A stretch of 64,000 nt of DNA from Felis catus (taxonomy: Eukaryota), in assembly GCF_018350175.1 (NCBI RefSeq), contig NC_058368.1, positions 156,676,001 through 156,740,000 on the forward strand, given 5' to 3'. A program made the translations under genes and the position numbers. Positions 40,461 through 53,768 of the stretch are shown here, one piece after another (the stretch's first letter is position 1; every line of letters begins with the position of its first letter). Below the pieces are notes generated by a model. That model searched no databases. It saw nothing but the letters and a program-made list of their open reading frames with translations, and was not told where the DNA came from.

Positions 40461-40680
40461 CTCTTCCATGGTACAAATCACAAGAAATAACATTGGAGAG
40501 AATTGCTAGCACCAGACTTAAGTACACAGATTACTCTCTCTCCCTTTTCTAACAATACAAATAATCCTGTCAAGACATTACATTCAAATGTGCTAGATTA
40601 TAATTTGGTCCCGAAAAACCCAGTCCAATCAAAATATAAATAGCATTGTTCTAATAATAACTAGACATGATGATTGTCAC

Positions 40681-41052
40681 AAGGCTGCCAGCTAAAATAA
40701 GGAATTCAGTTAAAACTGAAATTTCAGATAAACAATATACAACATTTTAGTAAAGTATGTCCCAAGTAGTGTGAGATGAAGTTAAGAAATTTTTATTAAT
40801 TTTTTATCGAATAAATTGACATGTAATATTGTGTAAGTTTGAGGTGTTCAGCCTGTTACTCTGATACATTTATAAATTGTCATATGTTGCCATTATAGCA
40901 ATACTTACTACATTACGTATGGTATGATATTATTATCTATATTCATTATATTGTGGATTAGATGCAATGCATTTCTACTAAAAGATAATGTGTTGCTTAT
41001 CTGAAATTCAAACTTAATGAGGCATCCTGTATTTTTGTTTGCTAACTCTGGA
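40681..41052. mobile_element. MER53-like palindromic hAT element, split by an L1 3' fragment (~40790-40965, minus strand)
   Basis: Complementary arms cagttaaaactgaaatttcagataaaca and tgcttatctgaaattcaaacttaa. Confidence 0.75.
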
Positions 41053-42289
41053 CCCATACAACTTCAGCAGAGAGATAACACATATCACTCAAAATCATAG
41101 AGCTAATAAAATGTTGAGCTTGGTTTTGAAATTATGTCTGTCCGACTCTTCAAGATCATGTGTTTCTAGTTCATTAGACTGCTTAAAGCAGAGACAATAA
41201 AACCTAGCAAGAGGCAGTAGCATTGTAAGAAGAATGATGGCCAGTTCTGACTGCTGAGCCTAACTCAGTGCCAATTATGTTATGAAGGAAGATTCTGGAG
41301 ATGAAAAGTTCAAACAATATTCTAGTGGCGTTGGTGACAGTGAAGTGAGTTTTCCCATTCTACTATTCTGTGCATGGGTGATATGAAACAGAGGGGGCAC
41401 AGGTATTTTGGTTTTGATGGGCAGTTGGTAAGGGCATCAATGTAATAAATGATAAGAGTACAATTTCTGTTAGTTCTAATAGTTATGCAAATATTTTTGC
41501 TGACATTCACCTTTTTCCAAAATCCACATGGCTCCCAGGTACGATCATCCTTAAATCTCAAAGGTTTTTCTGAACTCCCTCAGCCATTTGACCTCAGGGG
41601 CTAGCAGACTTCCTTTGGAGGGCCTCTCACATTTTCCTTTCCTTCTCCATTTCCACATCCATAATTCCAGATGAGGCCCTCAAGACTATGTTCCCACATG
41701 CCTACAGTGTTTCTTCGCTTGTTTTCTCACTTCAAACTATCTATCTCCATCTAACTGTCCTGTATGTATAAATGATCTGTATAAAATTCACAAGTTTAAA
41801 GTGACCCAATATGACCTATCCAATCACATGCTTAACACACCTGTCATTCACAGGTGTGTCTAAGATAAATTTTAATCAATCCAATACTTAACTCAGGTTG
41901 TTTCCTTTGTTTAAATATCTCTTCTCACATGTAGTCAATAAAAACCTCATAAATGCCAGGCCAAGTAAGTAAAACAGTGAAGCTGGATTGGAGTTCGCAT
42001 TTTAAACACTTTGGGATATTCTTCACCTCCACAAAGTATTTTCTTTCCTGTTTTTCTTAAGAACATGGTCCTCTTGTTCTACCTTGAAAAACTTCCTATT
42101 TTTGGCAGAGACAACCATACAGAATAATTTGCAACTATAAGAAAGACAGTGTGTGGACAGTGCCATCCATGCTGAGATCCGTGGAGACACGGAACTGTGG
42201 GGCAAGACTGTGTGCACCCTGTCCAAAGGGTAGCTGCTACTCTGTTCAGGTAACTAGCATCATATATTGCCAGAGTTTGCCTTATGTTT

Positions 42290-43073
42290 TCTCACAATCA
42301 CATTGACGTTATGCATTGTTAACAAGAGTGTTACAGAAAGGATGAGCCTTTGTCAATGCATCATACCAGGGGGTCCATGTCTGTCTCAATCCACTTGGAT
42401 TAGGTGGTGTCTTCCAAGTTTCTCCACTGGAAAGTTACTATTCTTCCTTTGTAACTCATATGTCTATTGTTGGGAAATACCTTGAAATGATGCAAATATC
42501 CTATTTCTCATCATAATTTCGCACATATAATTGTGGCATCTATTGATTTTTGCCTGCAACATGTTACTGTGGTGTTTGTTAAAACGCAATTTTCTATTCC
42601 TATTTTCTTTCTACAATTGTTTGTTGGAATTATGCCATAAGGAAAAGCTGTACCTGCTCCCCTGCTTCCTTATGTATTCAGTTATTTACTTACCAGCATG
42701 AATTCATAGATATTGATATTATATTATTTGATGGGTTAGAATTCATTATTACCATCATTCATTTTGTTGCTGAAATTGTCCAAGTTTTGATTACTAAGAG
42801 CTGCTCTTTTAAGTTGGCTTCTATGTTGTTTTGACATCATGCCATCAATTTTTTATTACTTCCTTACTGTCTGGGACTGCAAAATATTCCATGCTCATCT
42901 TGTACTTTCCTTGCCCCGGATCTGCAATCAACCATTTCTGTAGGAGCCCTGCTTACTTTTATTAGGGAAACTGTATTTAGAAACCAAAATCTGGACCCAA
43001 TGGTATGTCGATTGCTTGTCTGCCATTACACATTTGGAATTGCTTCCAGGCCCTGTCAGCAAACAGATGTAGG

Positions 43074-43125
<52 letters not shown>

Positions 43126-44030
43126 CTATCCATTTTAATCTCTATTAGAAACCATTTACATATTAAAAACTATTAGTTATACATATTAAAACCATTAGTT
43201 CACGCTGATGCCTTTCTAACACCAGAAGGTTCATTCCATCTTTCTCTTGTTCTATTTTTATAACTTCTTTTTCCAACAGTGGAAAACCTGGCTCTCATTA
43301 TGTATAATATATTTACCTACTTGTTCAGTCCTATTACACACATTAAGTAGTTTCAGAATTGGCAGTCATGCTCTAAGGTAGATCATGGATAGTGTTTTTT
43401 GTCTTGAATTTTATGGTGTATAATCCAAACACTGTTTTACATGATCACTTAGATTAGTTGTTTTATTCCTCATCCCCGTAAGGTATGATTATAGTTACAA
43501 TTAATTTTGGGTTCCTCCCACATCCTAATAGATACTTACTTATTTATCTAGTTAACTGGATCTGAAATACTGCCATAATAACAAGGTTTACTCAAAGAAC
43601 ATTAACTTCTTCCTCACCCTTTTTATCCCATTCCCATCCCTCATTCTTAACACCTGTCCTTACCCATATTATGTATGTTACCAATCTCATTAGCTTCTGG
43701 ATTTTACTTCTGATATTTCTTTTTGAACAAATGACCAGATAATGCATAATTTCTTACACTCCCTCCTTTCTTATATTCCATACTATCAGTAATCTTTCAT
43801 ATTTTGCTTTGTCAGTTAATAATATATCCTGCAACTCTTTTCATATCAATTCCTAGATAATTTCCTTATTCTTTACTTTATAGCTGCATAGTATTTGATC
43901 ATGTGGATGTACCATGGTTTATTTAAACACCTCTCCTATTTATGGGCATTTTATAGTTACAAACAATGTTGTATTAAATAATTATTTACACATGTATTTA
44001 ATATTGTTGGGAGTGCATAACTAGAACTAA
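42290..44030 (-). mobile_element. Old L1 (L1MC/ME-like) 3' fragments with (CA)n at 43077-43122
   Basis: ggtggtgtcttccaagtttctccactggaaagttact; gctgcatagtatttgatcatgtggatgtaccat. Confidence 0.7.
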
Positions 44031-45352
44031 AAATTTGATCTCCTGATGACTGATTCAATTCTATTTTAAATCAAATGATGCAATGTAATGTAATTAAGAA
44101 TACTCTGAAAACTAAAAACAAGTTGCATAAATATATACAACAAAATAATACTATGTTAATAGCATTATTTTCTTTCTCTAATCTAATTGTAACTGCTTTT
44201 GAGACAAGCAGTTAAATTCAATAAAAATGTGTCCTCAGCTACTTAACTGGATGGTTAATTTTGAAAATTAAATGTATTAAAATTCTATATTTCCAATACA
44301 CCTTCATTCCTTAAGAATGTTCTGATATTTACTAGTTTTTATTCAAAAATCAAATCGATTAGTTATATAGTTTCTGGTCTTAAAAGCCCATTATTATACC
44401 AAATTATTTTCTCTATTTTGTTCTTATAGAGACGGGATGTAGATATTATAAGCTATTGTCCTAATTTGGTGCCTTCCACATCCTAAGTGTGTACGTCAAA
44501 TAGGGTGGGAAGAGAAAACAACACTGCATGATGCCAGGAAACCTCTTCAGGTTGTCTGACGCCTGTTAGAGGCTTACTGGAGGAGCCTCCTTCCTTATTG
44601 GAGGAGTTAAACTTAAATTCAGCTTCCTTTGGAATTGTGAGTCCTCAGGGCACTCAGGTCTCCACATTTTGAATGGCTGGTATTTCAAAATATGAAAAGG
44701 ATGATCCAAGTCTAGTTAGGGTCCATCGCTGGTGCTGCCTTTAATCTGGGTTCAAGGAATCCCTAATGTAGCCCAAGCTAGTTCCCCAGGAGACTGCCTT
44801 GAGATTTGGAATCCAGAAACTAAAGACAATTTTCCTTTTCTGTTCTTCCATTGTGGCCTACAAAGACCTACTATGAGATTATTGCCAGGTCCAACAAAGC
44901 CTCATAAAATCACCTGTGGGAATCTCCAAAGTTTTGGTGAAATTTTAGTTCTGGATTCTGCAGTTTTAGCAGATGCAGCTATGCAAATCTATGCAGCAAC
45001 AACAATTTCAGGTCTGCCAAAAGTTGACTTCTGATATAGCTCCAAATATGTGCTTCATCTACTAACCAATTATGTCACTGATAATATACAAGGAAGAGTC
45101 TAATTTGTCAGCAATTTGGTAGGAACCATGCTGTCTGGGTCAGGGTCAGTGTAGGAGTTTTTGATTTGTATCGTAACCTCTTGCTCCATGGTCACAGGAG
45201 TCAAATAAAGCTTCAAGCCATAATGTTGAACACAACCTTCTGAAAATTATAAAATTATAGTTGATTTTTTTAACTTAAGCAACCATAAGGAAAACAGAAT
45301 CTGTCAAAAATTTAGGATAAGTTTCCAGGTGATGTTGTTCTTATGTTCTTAC

Positions 45353-45467
45353 CTCCTCGATCTCGGGCAGCTAAACTTTGACCCCTTCTTAAGGTAATGT
45401 CCAATTGGTACATTCCGGGATCAGCCAAGGGGACATCTGCATTACTGGTTCCAGCAGTATTTATTTT
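45353..45467 (-). CDS. MCTP1: MCTP1 internal coding exon (probably exon 2), 115 nt, phase 0 to 1: KINTAGTSNADVPLADPGMYQLDITLRRGQSLAARDRG(G)
   Basis: Acceptor tcttgtttttcag|AAA and donor GGAG|gtaaga on the minus strand. The peptide matches the recalled MCTP1 sequence leading into the first C2 domain, and its phase fits the exon at 3622-3480. Confidence 0.96.
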
Positions 45468-45676
45468 CTGAAAAACAAGAATTATGCAAAATATTAAATT
45501 TAATATGTTTCCTATTTCCTTCAGTGGGGGACCATATGCAGCTTCACTCAAATTGTTAAAATTAGTCAATCAAATAAATCATCTTGTGCATTCACATGTC
45601 ATAGTCACCCAGTTCTGTGAAGGTTTTTAAATTCATGAAATTATTTAGATCAAAATAAAAACATGACACAGGAATT

Positions 45677-45904
45677 CTTTTTTTTTTTTTAATTTTTTTC
45701 AACGTTTTTATTTATTTTTGGGACAGAGAGAGACAGAGCATGAACGGGGTAGGGGCAGAGAGAGAGAGAGACACAGAATCAGAAACAGGCTCCAGGCTCT
45801 GAGCCATCAGCCCAGAGCCCGACGCGGGGCTCGAACTCACGGACCGCGAGATAGTGACCCGGCTGAAGTCGGACGCTTAACCGACTGCGCCACCCAGGCG
45901 CCCC
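45677..45904 (-). mobile_element. Young SINEC_Fc-type SINE ~210 nt upstream of the exon acceptor
   Basis: Near consensus; TSD ggaattctt. Confidence 0.96.
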
Positions 45905-48214
45905 GGAATTCTTGTTTTAACTCAGATTACAGATAACAAATATAACAGGAAAACATTTCCCATGGAAAGCCCCACATAATTCAACCAAGGAAGACTAACA
46001 TAGGAATAGTGTCTGAGATAAAAATACAATCAGTGATGAATGGAGAATAAAGGTATGCAAGAGCAGTTGATTTCCATACAAGTGAGCTGAAAATGAAAAT
46101 GATCTATTCAGGCAACTGTGTTGACTCATTTATCTGTGCAAAAGGGTCATACTGATGGATTACACACCTTTTTTTCAATTCCAACATAAAATATGATATA
46201 ATTATACAGAAATAAATTCACCTAGCATTTTGACAGTATTTGCAAGAAATAAATTCTCAGGGGGGCTAAATTTCTAATGCTGCTTGCTATGGAATAGAAG
46301 TTCAAGTGCACAAGCTATTTCTAGAACTCAAAATTTCTGCAAGGCTACCCATAGAGAATAACTTCAGTAACAATATACTATTAATTTACAGGCATTAAGT
46401 AAAATAAACACTTGTAAGAGGAATAGCTATATTGAAACAACACAAAAGAAACAGTAAAAATTGATTGGTCATACTTTATATTTTATGCCACTTTGAATAC
46501 AATAGGAAAACTTACTTTTCTTTACACATTCGAAATGATTTTAAGTTCCTATAATTTATCTTCTAATACAAAAAGAAATATTCTTTTGTTTTGGAATAAT
46601 ACGCATGGATAAGGTAAAATTTTAGACACCAGTCCGGCTCTTTAAGTTCTATATTTCATATGCAATACTATAAAGCAGCTTTTTTTTTAATGTTTCAAGA
46701 CCAAGAAGAAAGCTTTCCTATAGGAGAAATTATCATTTAAAATAAGAAGCAGCACATCTTTGACAAGTCCTCATCTCTCCTCTGGTAACAATAAAAAAGA
46801 TTCCACTTCTTCTCATGGTATCCCTGTTCCTATGTATGACAGCACTATTCTCACAGTGGGTCAGGCTGGAAATCAACAGAATCTCCTTGACTTCTTCATT
46901 TCCCTCCCTACCGCGTTCAGAAAGTTGCCAAATCCCACCCACTCCATTTCCACCCCCATTACATCTCCCAGTTGTCTTTTTCTTTTAATTCTTAACACCA
47001 CTATTTTGAATCATGCCTTCAAACAACAGAGGAACAAGGGTGAAATGATTGTGTTGGTCTTCCCTCAAACATCCATTTGCCCACCTCCTTGGGGTTACTG
47101 ATTATAATAATTTAGAGTACACCCTTCCATACTTTTGAAGGGTTTATACAAACACATACACATGTGGGTTTATTTTTCTTTGACTGAGTTTTCAGTTTTT
47201 TGTTTTTATTTTAACAAAGACAGTATTATATTTTTGTCTATTATTTCACAATTTATTTAACTTAAAAAAGTCATGGGTACTTTGCTAATCCCCACATACA
47301 GATATATTTAGGTTTTTTATTCTGTATTTTTTTTTTTTTAGGTATATCATTTTACATAGTGTGGGAGTACCATGATTTCTCTATTGATTAGGAGCTGGTT
47401 TCAGTAGTTGCTACTACAAGGACTTGTGCTTTTATTTCACTCATAGGATGATTTTTTCCAAAGAAAAAGTTTAAATAGTTCATACTACTATTGAAAGTAT
47501 ACAAGACTGCCTATTTCCCAGATGCTAGTCAGCATAGGATGTTATTTTTCAAGTTTGGAGGGCAAAAAACATTATCTCCCTTTAATACACATTTCCAGAA
47601 CTAGGGTAGGGTGTCTTGAAACTACTATAAATGGCAAGACTGACAGCTGTTCACTGCGCCACACAGAAGATGCCAACTTTGAAAGACAGGAAGCCAATCA
47701 AGGTCTTCTAAACAACTTTTCAAAAAAGTTTGTATATGGGTCTAATTAATAAGCAAGATTTAAATTCAAATCCAGCAAACATCTGTTAAGCTCCAAGTAC
47801 ATTCCAAGCCTTTCATTAGGCTCTTGTACATACATAATTTCAAACTAAACAAGCCCATCAATAAATATTAAATATAGATAGATTTACCACTTTCTCAGAA
47901 ATAGAATAAAATCTATGGGAAAGGAGACATTTTCTAGCATCCTCCTGTAGTATTTTGATAGGTACTTCAAAGGCAGAAAAGTTTGAATGCTCAGATCGCT
48001 GTATATTTTGTAGTTTTCATTGTTCTTTCCAGTGTGTCTTGAAGTTTAGAGTTAATTATTTATAGAGTACCTGGTATAATACTTTGAAATGTATATTATA
48101 CTATATGGGCAAATTAAGGAAGTTTCAAAGGTAATTTTAGTTATATTAGGTTTGTCGCTTTTGCTCTTTTAGAATTTAACACCAAGTTTAAGAGATAGCT
48201 TCACTGGACTTCTA

Positions 48215-48247
48215 TTTACTGGCTTTTTAAAGCCTGAATAATTTTCC

Positions 48248-48292
<45 letters not shown>

Positions 48293-48433
48293 ATCACATT
48301 TTCTTTATCCATTCACACGATGACAAACATTTATGTTGTTTCTGTATCTTGGCTATTGTGAATAATACTGTAATGAACATGGGAATACAGATCTCTCTCC
48401 AAGATACTGATTTCATTTCCTTTGAATAGATAC
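48215..48433 (-). mobile_element. L1 fragment with (GT)n
   Basis: The minus-strand [27 protein letters not shown] resembles the L1 ORF2 C-terminus. Confidence 0.85.
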
Positions 48434-49984
48434 CTGCCTTTCCCCTCTTGCTCTCCATGTCTTGTCTTCCTACACAGTCTTCCTGGGCCATTTTATTAGC
48501 CTTTATATCTTTCTTGTCCGTTATCACATTCTATATCAAATGTCATATTTGCCACTTTAGATTGTAAACTTTTAAAATCAGAGAATAGAGTGTTTAAGAA
48601 TCAAATTGAACACAAATTGTGACAGAGACAATGAAAAGAGAAAGATGTCTTTAAGGAAATACGATCTGGCTGAGTAGATACACACATGGGGGTAAAAAAC
48701 AAAGTTGGCTACTCATAGGCAGTTTATTTCCTCTCTTTTTCTATGACCATGGGTGGCATCTGATCTGTTTTGGGAACTTCTGTGCCAAAGAAAACTAAGT
48801 ATACCATCAGAAACCTTTTTTAGTATTTAGTGATATAGGCTGCCATTACCAACTAATCAAAATTGGCTCTTATAAAGAAACCCTATCCACTCAAGAGCTG
48901 TAATTAAAGACAGACTGTACTATAATGGAATCATTTAGTCATTGGGACAGCAGGAAAGAAAGACCAATTTATTATGTGAGAAAAATCTGAGGTGCCTTCA
49001 GAGACATGACAATGGAGTAGGGTGTGAAAATATGGGTAGGACTTTGACTAGTGAAGATTTGAAAGAAGGGAAGATGGGAAAATCAGTGAGAGCCCAAGGT
49101 GAATAGTCACCAGAGGGTACATCACTAAACTGTGTGAGAAAGAAGGTGTAAAGGAAGGCTGATGTGCATTGACTCCAGGCTGACAGGAGTTTCAACCCAT
49201 GGGCAACATGAAACCATCCCAGGTTTTGAAGAGAGGAAGCACTATAACCAATCCTCATTTAACAAACATTTATTGCCTATATGCTCTGGAGTAAGTGCTT
49301 AGATCAGAAATAATCAAAACCAGGCCTTTTCTCTCCATAGGATAGAAAAGAGAAGAAAACTCCTGTCGATATAGACATTATTTAACAGGTTTTATAACAG
49401 TCCAGTTTAAGTCACAAGGGCCTGATCTGGTCAGTGGTAATGGAAATAAAAGTAAATTTGAGAGATATTGAAGAGATTCAATCAACTGAATTTGTCAACT
49501 GACAAGATGTGGGAGATATGGGAAATGGATGGATGAGTCACACGGAAGTCTGAGCCGAACCCCTGAGAGAATGGTGTGCCAGCAGTGTGGGATGAGAAGC
49601 TTCAAGCCACCATGGTGTCAGCTTCCAAGGATACCTCCAACTCCCTGAAAGAAGGTGGTCAAGAACTTAAGCAGATCTAGAGAGTCATCTCTCCTCAGGC
49701 TCACTGAGATGGTTCCAAAAAGAAAATTGGTAGGCCGATTATATACAGACATACTAGAAATATAATTGTTTATTGTAAAGTATCTTAAGTCATGGAATGT
49801 TAAAAGGTATTAGGAAAGATGTATCCGAAGTGTTAGGTACATATACAGCTCTAAAACAGTCATTTTAAAAACCTTTTTTTTTTTTCAAATTTAAGATTTC
49901 TATAGTGACTATTATAGGAACTTCAAATATATTCTTCCCTTCCCTAAACTGTCATGCTCCACACTTAGTTGCTATTTTTAAACT

Positions 49985-51570
49985 ACTTTATTGAGGTATG
50001 ATTGGATGTAGAAAAAGCTATACATATTCAATAAACAACTTGAAATCATCACCACCATCAAGGCTACAAACCCAGCACCTCCAAAAGTTTTCTCCCACCT
50101 CCTTTATTATTATTATTACCATTATTGTTATGGTTTGTGGTAAGAATACTTAATTGAAGATCTACCCTCTTAGACAATTTTAAGTATACAATACAGTATT
50201 ATTAGCCAAAGGCATTATGCTGTACAGCAGATCTCCAGAATTTATTCATCCTGTATAACTGAAACTTTGTACCCTTTGACCATTCGTCCCCATTTCCCCC
50301 CCCCTCCTAGGCCCTGGAAATCACCATTCTCTGCTTTTATAAGTTTGACTGTTTTAGATTCTACATGTAAGTGAGATCATTCAGTATTTGTCTTTCTATG
50401 TTTGGCTTATTTCACTTAGCATAATGTTGTCCAGGTTCCCACATATTATCATACATGGATGATTTTCCTTCATTGCTTTTAAGGCAGGATGTTATTCTAT
50501 TATATCTATTATATGTATACAAAAATTTTCCTTTATCCATTCACCCATCAATGGAAATTTAAATTGGACATATCTTGGTTATTATGAATACTATAATAGA
50601 CATGGGAATGTGGTTATCTCTTTGAGATCTTGACTTAAATTCCTTTGCATAAATCCCGAGGAGTGGGATTGCTGGATCATGTGGAACCACAAAGGACCCC
50701 ACAGAGTCAAAACAACCTTGAGAAAGAACAAATATGGAGGCATCACACTTCTTGATTTCAAACTATACTACAAAGCTACACTGATCAAAACAGTAAGGTA
50801 CAGGCATAAAAATAGACACATAAATCAATGGAACAAAATAAAAGGCCCAGAAAGAAATCCACACATCAGAGAAGAAACCCATGGTGAACTAACCTTCTGT
50901 AAAGGCACCAAAACCACAAAGTGGAGAAAATATAGCCTTTTTAGTACATGTTGCTGTTAAAAATGGATATCCACATGCAAAGGAATGAAATTAGACCCTC
51001 ATCTTATGCCATATGTGAAAATCAGCTCAAAACAGATTCAAGACTTAATTATAAGACTTGAAGTTGTACAACTACCAGAAAAAAACACAGCATGAGAAAA
51101 AGCTCCTTGATATTAGTTTTGACAATGAATTTTTGGATATGACACCAAAAGCACAGGAAACAAAAGCAGGAATAGACTAGGGGGACAACATCAAATTAAA
51201 AATCTTTTGAAGAGCAAAAGTAGCAACCAACAAAATAAAGACAACCTATGGAATGGGAAAAATATTTATAAGCCATATACCTGATAAGGCATTAATATCC
51301 AGAATATATGAGGAACTCATACAACTCAATAGCAAAAAAACACACAAACTGATTAAAAGTTGAGCAAATAGCTGAACATACATTTGTCCAAAGAAGCCAT
51401 ACAAATGATCAACAAATATATGACAAGGTGCTCAACATCCCTATCAGTGAAACGCAAATCAAAACCATAATGAGATATCACAGTATGCATTTTAGGATGG
51501 CTATTATTTAAAAAAAAAAGTAATAAATACTGGTTAGAATAAATTCCCCCTTTGGTGGGAATGTAAAATA
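49985..51570. mobile_element. 5'-inverted L1: 3' segment on minus (49985-50680), ORF2 segment on plus (50679-51570)
   Basis: ORF 50679 (WNHKGP...GGITLLDFKLYYKA) is L1 ORF2; the left part is an antisense L1 3' UTR. Confidence 0.88.
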
Positions 51571-51957
51571 AATGGGTAGCTCAAAGTCTGAAATTCAGAG
51601 TCTAGGCACAGTTAGAGGATTACGGAGGTTTCTATGACAACACTCAATCAAAGTTTTGGGACTGTTGAAGCCAAAAAGTAGCTGCAGTGTTTGGAGTTGT
51701 AAATTTTAATAAAAGTCAGAACTTTATCAGGTCACTTATGGGAAAGTCAGAAAAAGAGTATGGAAGAGAGGGACTCTGAGAATTTGAAAGAAAGCATTTG
51801 GAAGGATTACCTCCAGAGCACACATATCTACTTCACCTAGCCACCATTTTAGCAGAAGACCTTCCTCTATGCTCCCGGCTTGCTTGAAGTGGGCCAGTAC
51901 TATCCATGATGATGTCAAATTTCCTCATAACCAACCCGTTTCCCTCATTTTATACAG

Positions 51958-52090
51958 ATTAATGGTTCTCAACCTTGAGGGCTTTGGCTAGGCACCCAGC
52001 AACTCTGGGGGTGGGACCCAGGTAGCAGTATTTTTTCTTACAGTCCTCAGACGATTTCAATAGGCAGCCTAGCTTGATCAATTGTGCTAA
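51958..52090. mobile_element. MER5-like hAT fragment
   Basis: atggttctcaacctt...ctgggggtgggacccagg...gtatttttt. Confidence 0.6.
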
Positions 52091-53357
52091 TTATAAAAGC
52101 AAGTCTTTGAGAAGGCTTATGTACAAAGAATTTACAGACTATGAAAATGTATATCATAAAACACCTGTGAAATATGTTGAGGAATCAATATGAGGGTCCC
52201 TGTTACTTTGAGCTCTGCTGCTTAGGAGGCCTTTTAACTTCAGTGGAGAAAGCTTCCACCACAAGATATAATGGTGCTGATGGATAAAAAGTTGAGAGTG
52301 CCACCTTGCCCTTTTGAAGTTTTCATTATAGGCAAAAAATGGGGTTACTCTGTTAGCTGGGCTGGTTGATCATTATTATCAATAGGAAGTAGCAGTGCAC
52401 AGGGAGGGAGAAGAATGTCTGCATTCTAGGAGATTTTCTTGAATGCTCCTAGTATTGGCATGCCCAGTGGCTTATAGATTGGCTAAGTCATTCCATATGT
52501 GTTTCATACACTCAGGCCCTGCTCAGTGCAGCTCCAACTTTGTCTATCAACAAAATCCACTTAAAGTTAAAACTTCATGAAAGCTTTTACATTTTCAACT
52601 TTTCAAATTTAACAACCTTGTCAAGGATATCAACAGGCATCATTGAGGATTTCTTAGTCATTACCAATTTCTACTTTGTCATCTCTCCTAGTTTCTATGA
52701 CATTGAAAATATTTGCATAGTGAAATCTCCATCATATGGAAATCAAATATTTTTAAAACTTAATTCTCAAAAACATAACTCAAAAGCCACTGATATATTC
52801 CAAATTCAGGGAAGCTCCATGATTCACTTCACATGGGAACATTATGATTATTTGGAGATCAACTGATAAAACCACAGAGAATTTAGAAACCACAAAGAAT
52901 GGGGAAAATTCATGGCAACAAATGGGCATAGCCCACTAGGTATGTCAGTCATAGTGTCTGACTAATCCACAGCCCACCCTGTGGGCGTCCCATAAGCTTA
53001 TGCAACAGTTTATGTTTGATGTAAATTTTACTTTCTTGCCCCTTGTTCCTAGCTGATTAGACCTGCAGCTGGTTATCTGAACTGAGGACAGACAGGCTAG
53101 TCAGTGGATAGGTTGGTATTAACAAAGATGTTATTAGGCAAAGGTTGTTTGTTTCAAATTCAAAGAGAAGAAATAGAAGTGGCTGCTAAGACCAAGGGGC
53201 CATGACAGAGAGAATGGAGAGGCCATGATGGTCCAAGTATAATCCCAAACCAAGAGAGTAGTGCTATAACTAAGCAGAAGCATGGGGTGGAAAAAATACA
53301 TATAGTAAAAAGTAGAATGTCACTTTGTAGCAGGACATATAAAAAGACCAAATGACA

Positions 53358-53580
53358 GGGGCGCCTGGGTGGCGCAGTCGGTTAAGCATCCGACTTCAGC
53401 CAGGTCACGATCTCACGGTCCGTGAGTTCGAGCCCCGCGTCAGGCTCTGGGCTGATGGCTCAGAGCCTGGAGCCTGTTTCCGATTCTGTGTCTCCCTCTC
53501 TCTCTGCCCCACCCCCGTTCATGCTCTGTCTCTCTCTGTCCCAAAAATAAATAAACGCTGAAAAAATTTTTTTTTTAAAA
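53358..53580 (+). mobile_element. Young SINEC_Fc-type SINE
   Basis: TSD taaaaagaccaaatgac / aaaaagaccaaatgac. Confidence 0.96.
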
Positions 53581-53726
53581 AAGACCAAATGACCAAAGTG
53601 AAGTATGACAGTGTATGGGCAGGAGTATCTATGAATTACCACTGAAGACTTGGCTCTGGGACTTGAGAGCCAGTTACCCTGGGCTCTGTGCTCTTGGTTG
53701 GCTATGGTCTCTGATCACCTTCTTAC

Positions 53727-53768
53727 CTCCTTCGGCTTTGTACGAGACAGGTGAACTGAGTCGTGGCA
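53727..53768 (-). CDS. Candidate 42-nt symmetric (phase 0-0) cassette exon of MCTP1 encoding CHDSVHLSRTKPKE
   Basis: Donor GGAG|gtaaga, acceptor ttctgttttaag|TGC, a long pyrimidine tract, ~110 nt with no AG upstream, and no stop codon in frame. There is no transcript evidence. Confidence 0.4.

Larger units (their letters stand above)
3623..45352 (-). other. MCTP1: MCTP1 GT-AG intron, ~41.7 kb
   Basis: Lies between the two phase-compatible exons. Confidence 0.9.

Noticed and set aside
21086..53561. Near-identical peptides (GAPGWRSQLSVRLQPGHDL...) at 21086, 23731 and 53352 that look like a gene family
   Set aside because: These are translations of young SINEC_Fc copies
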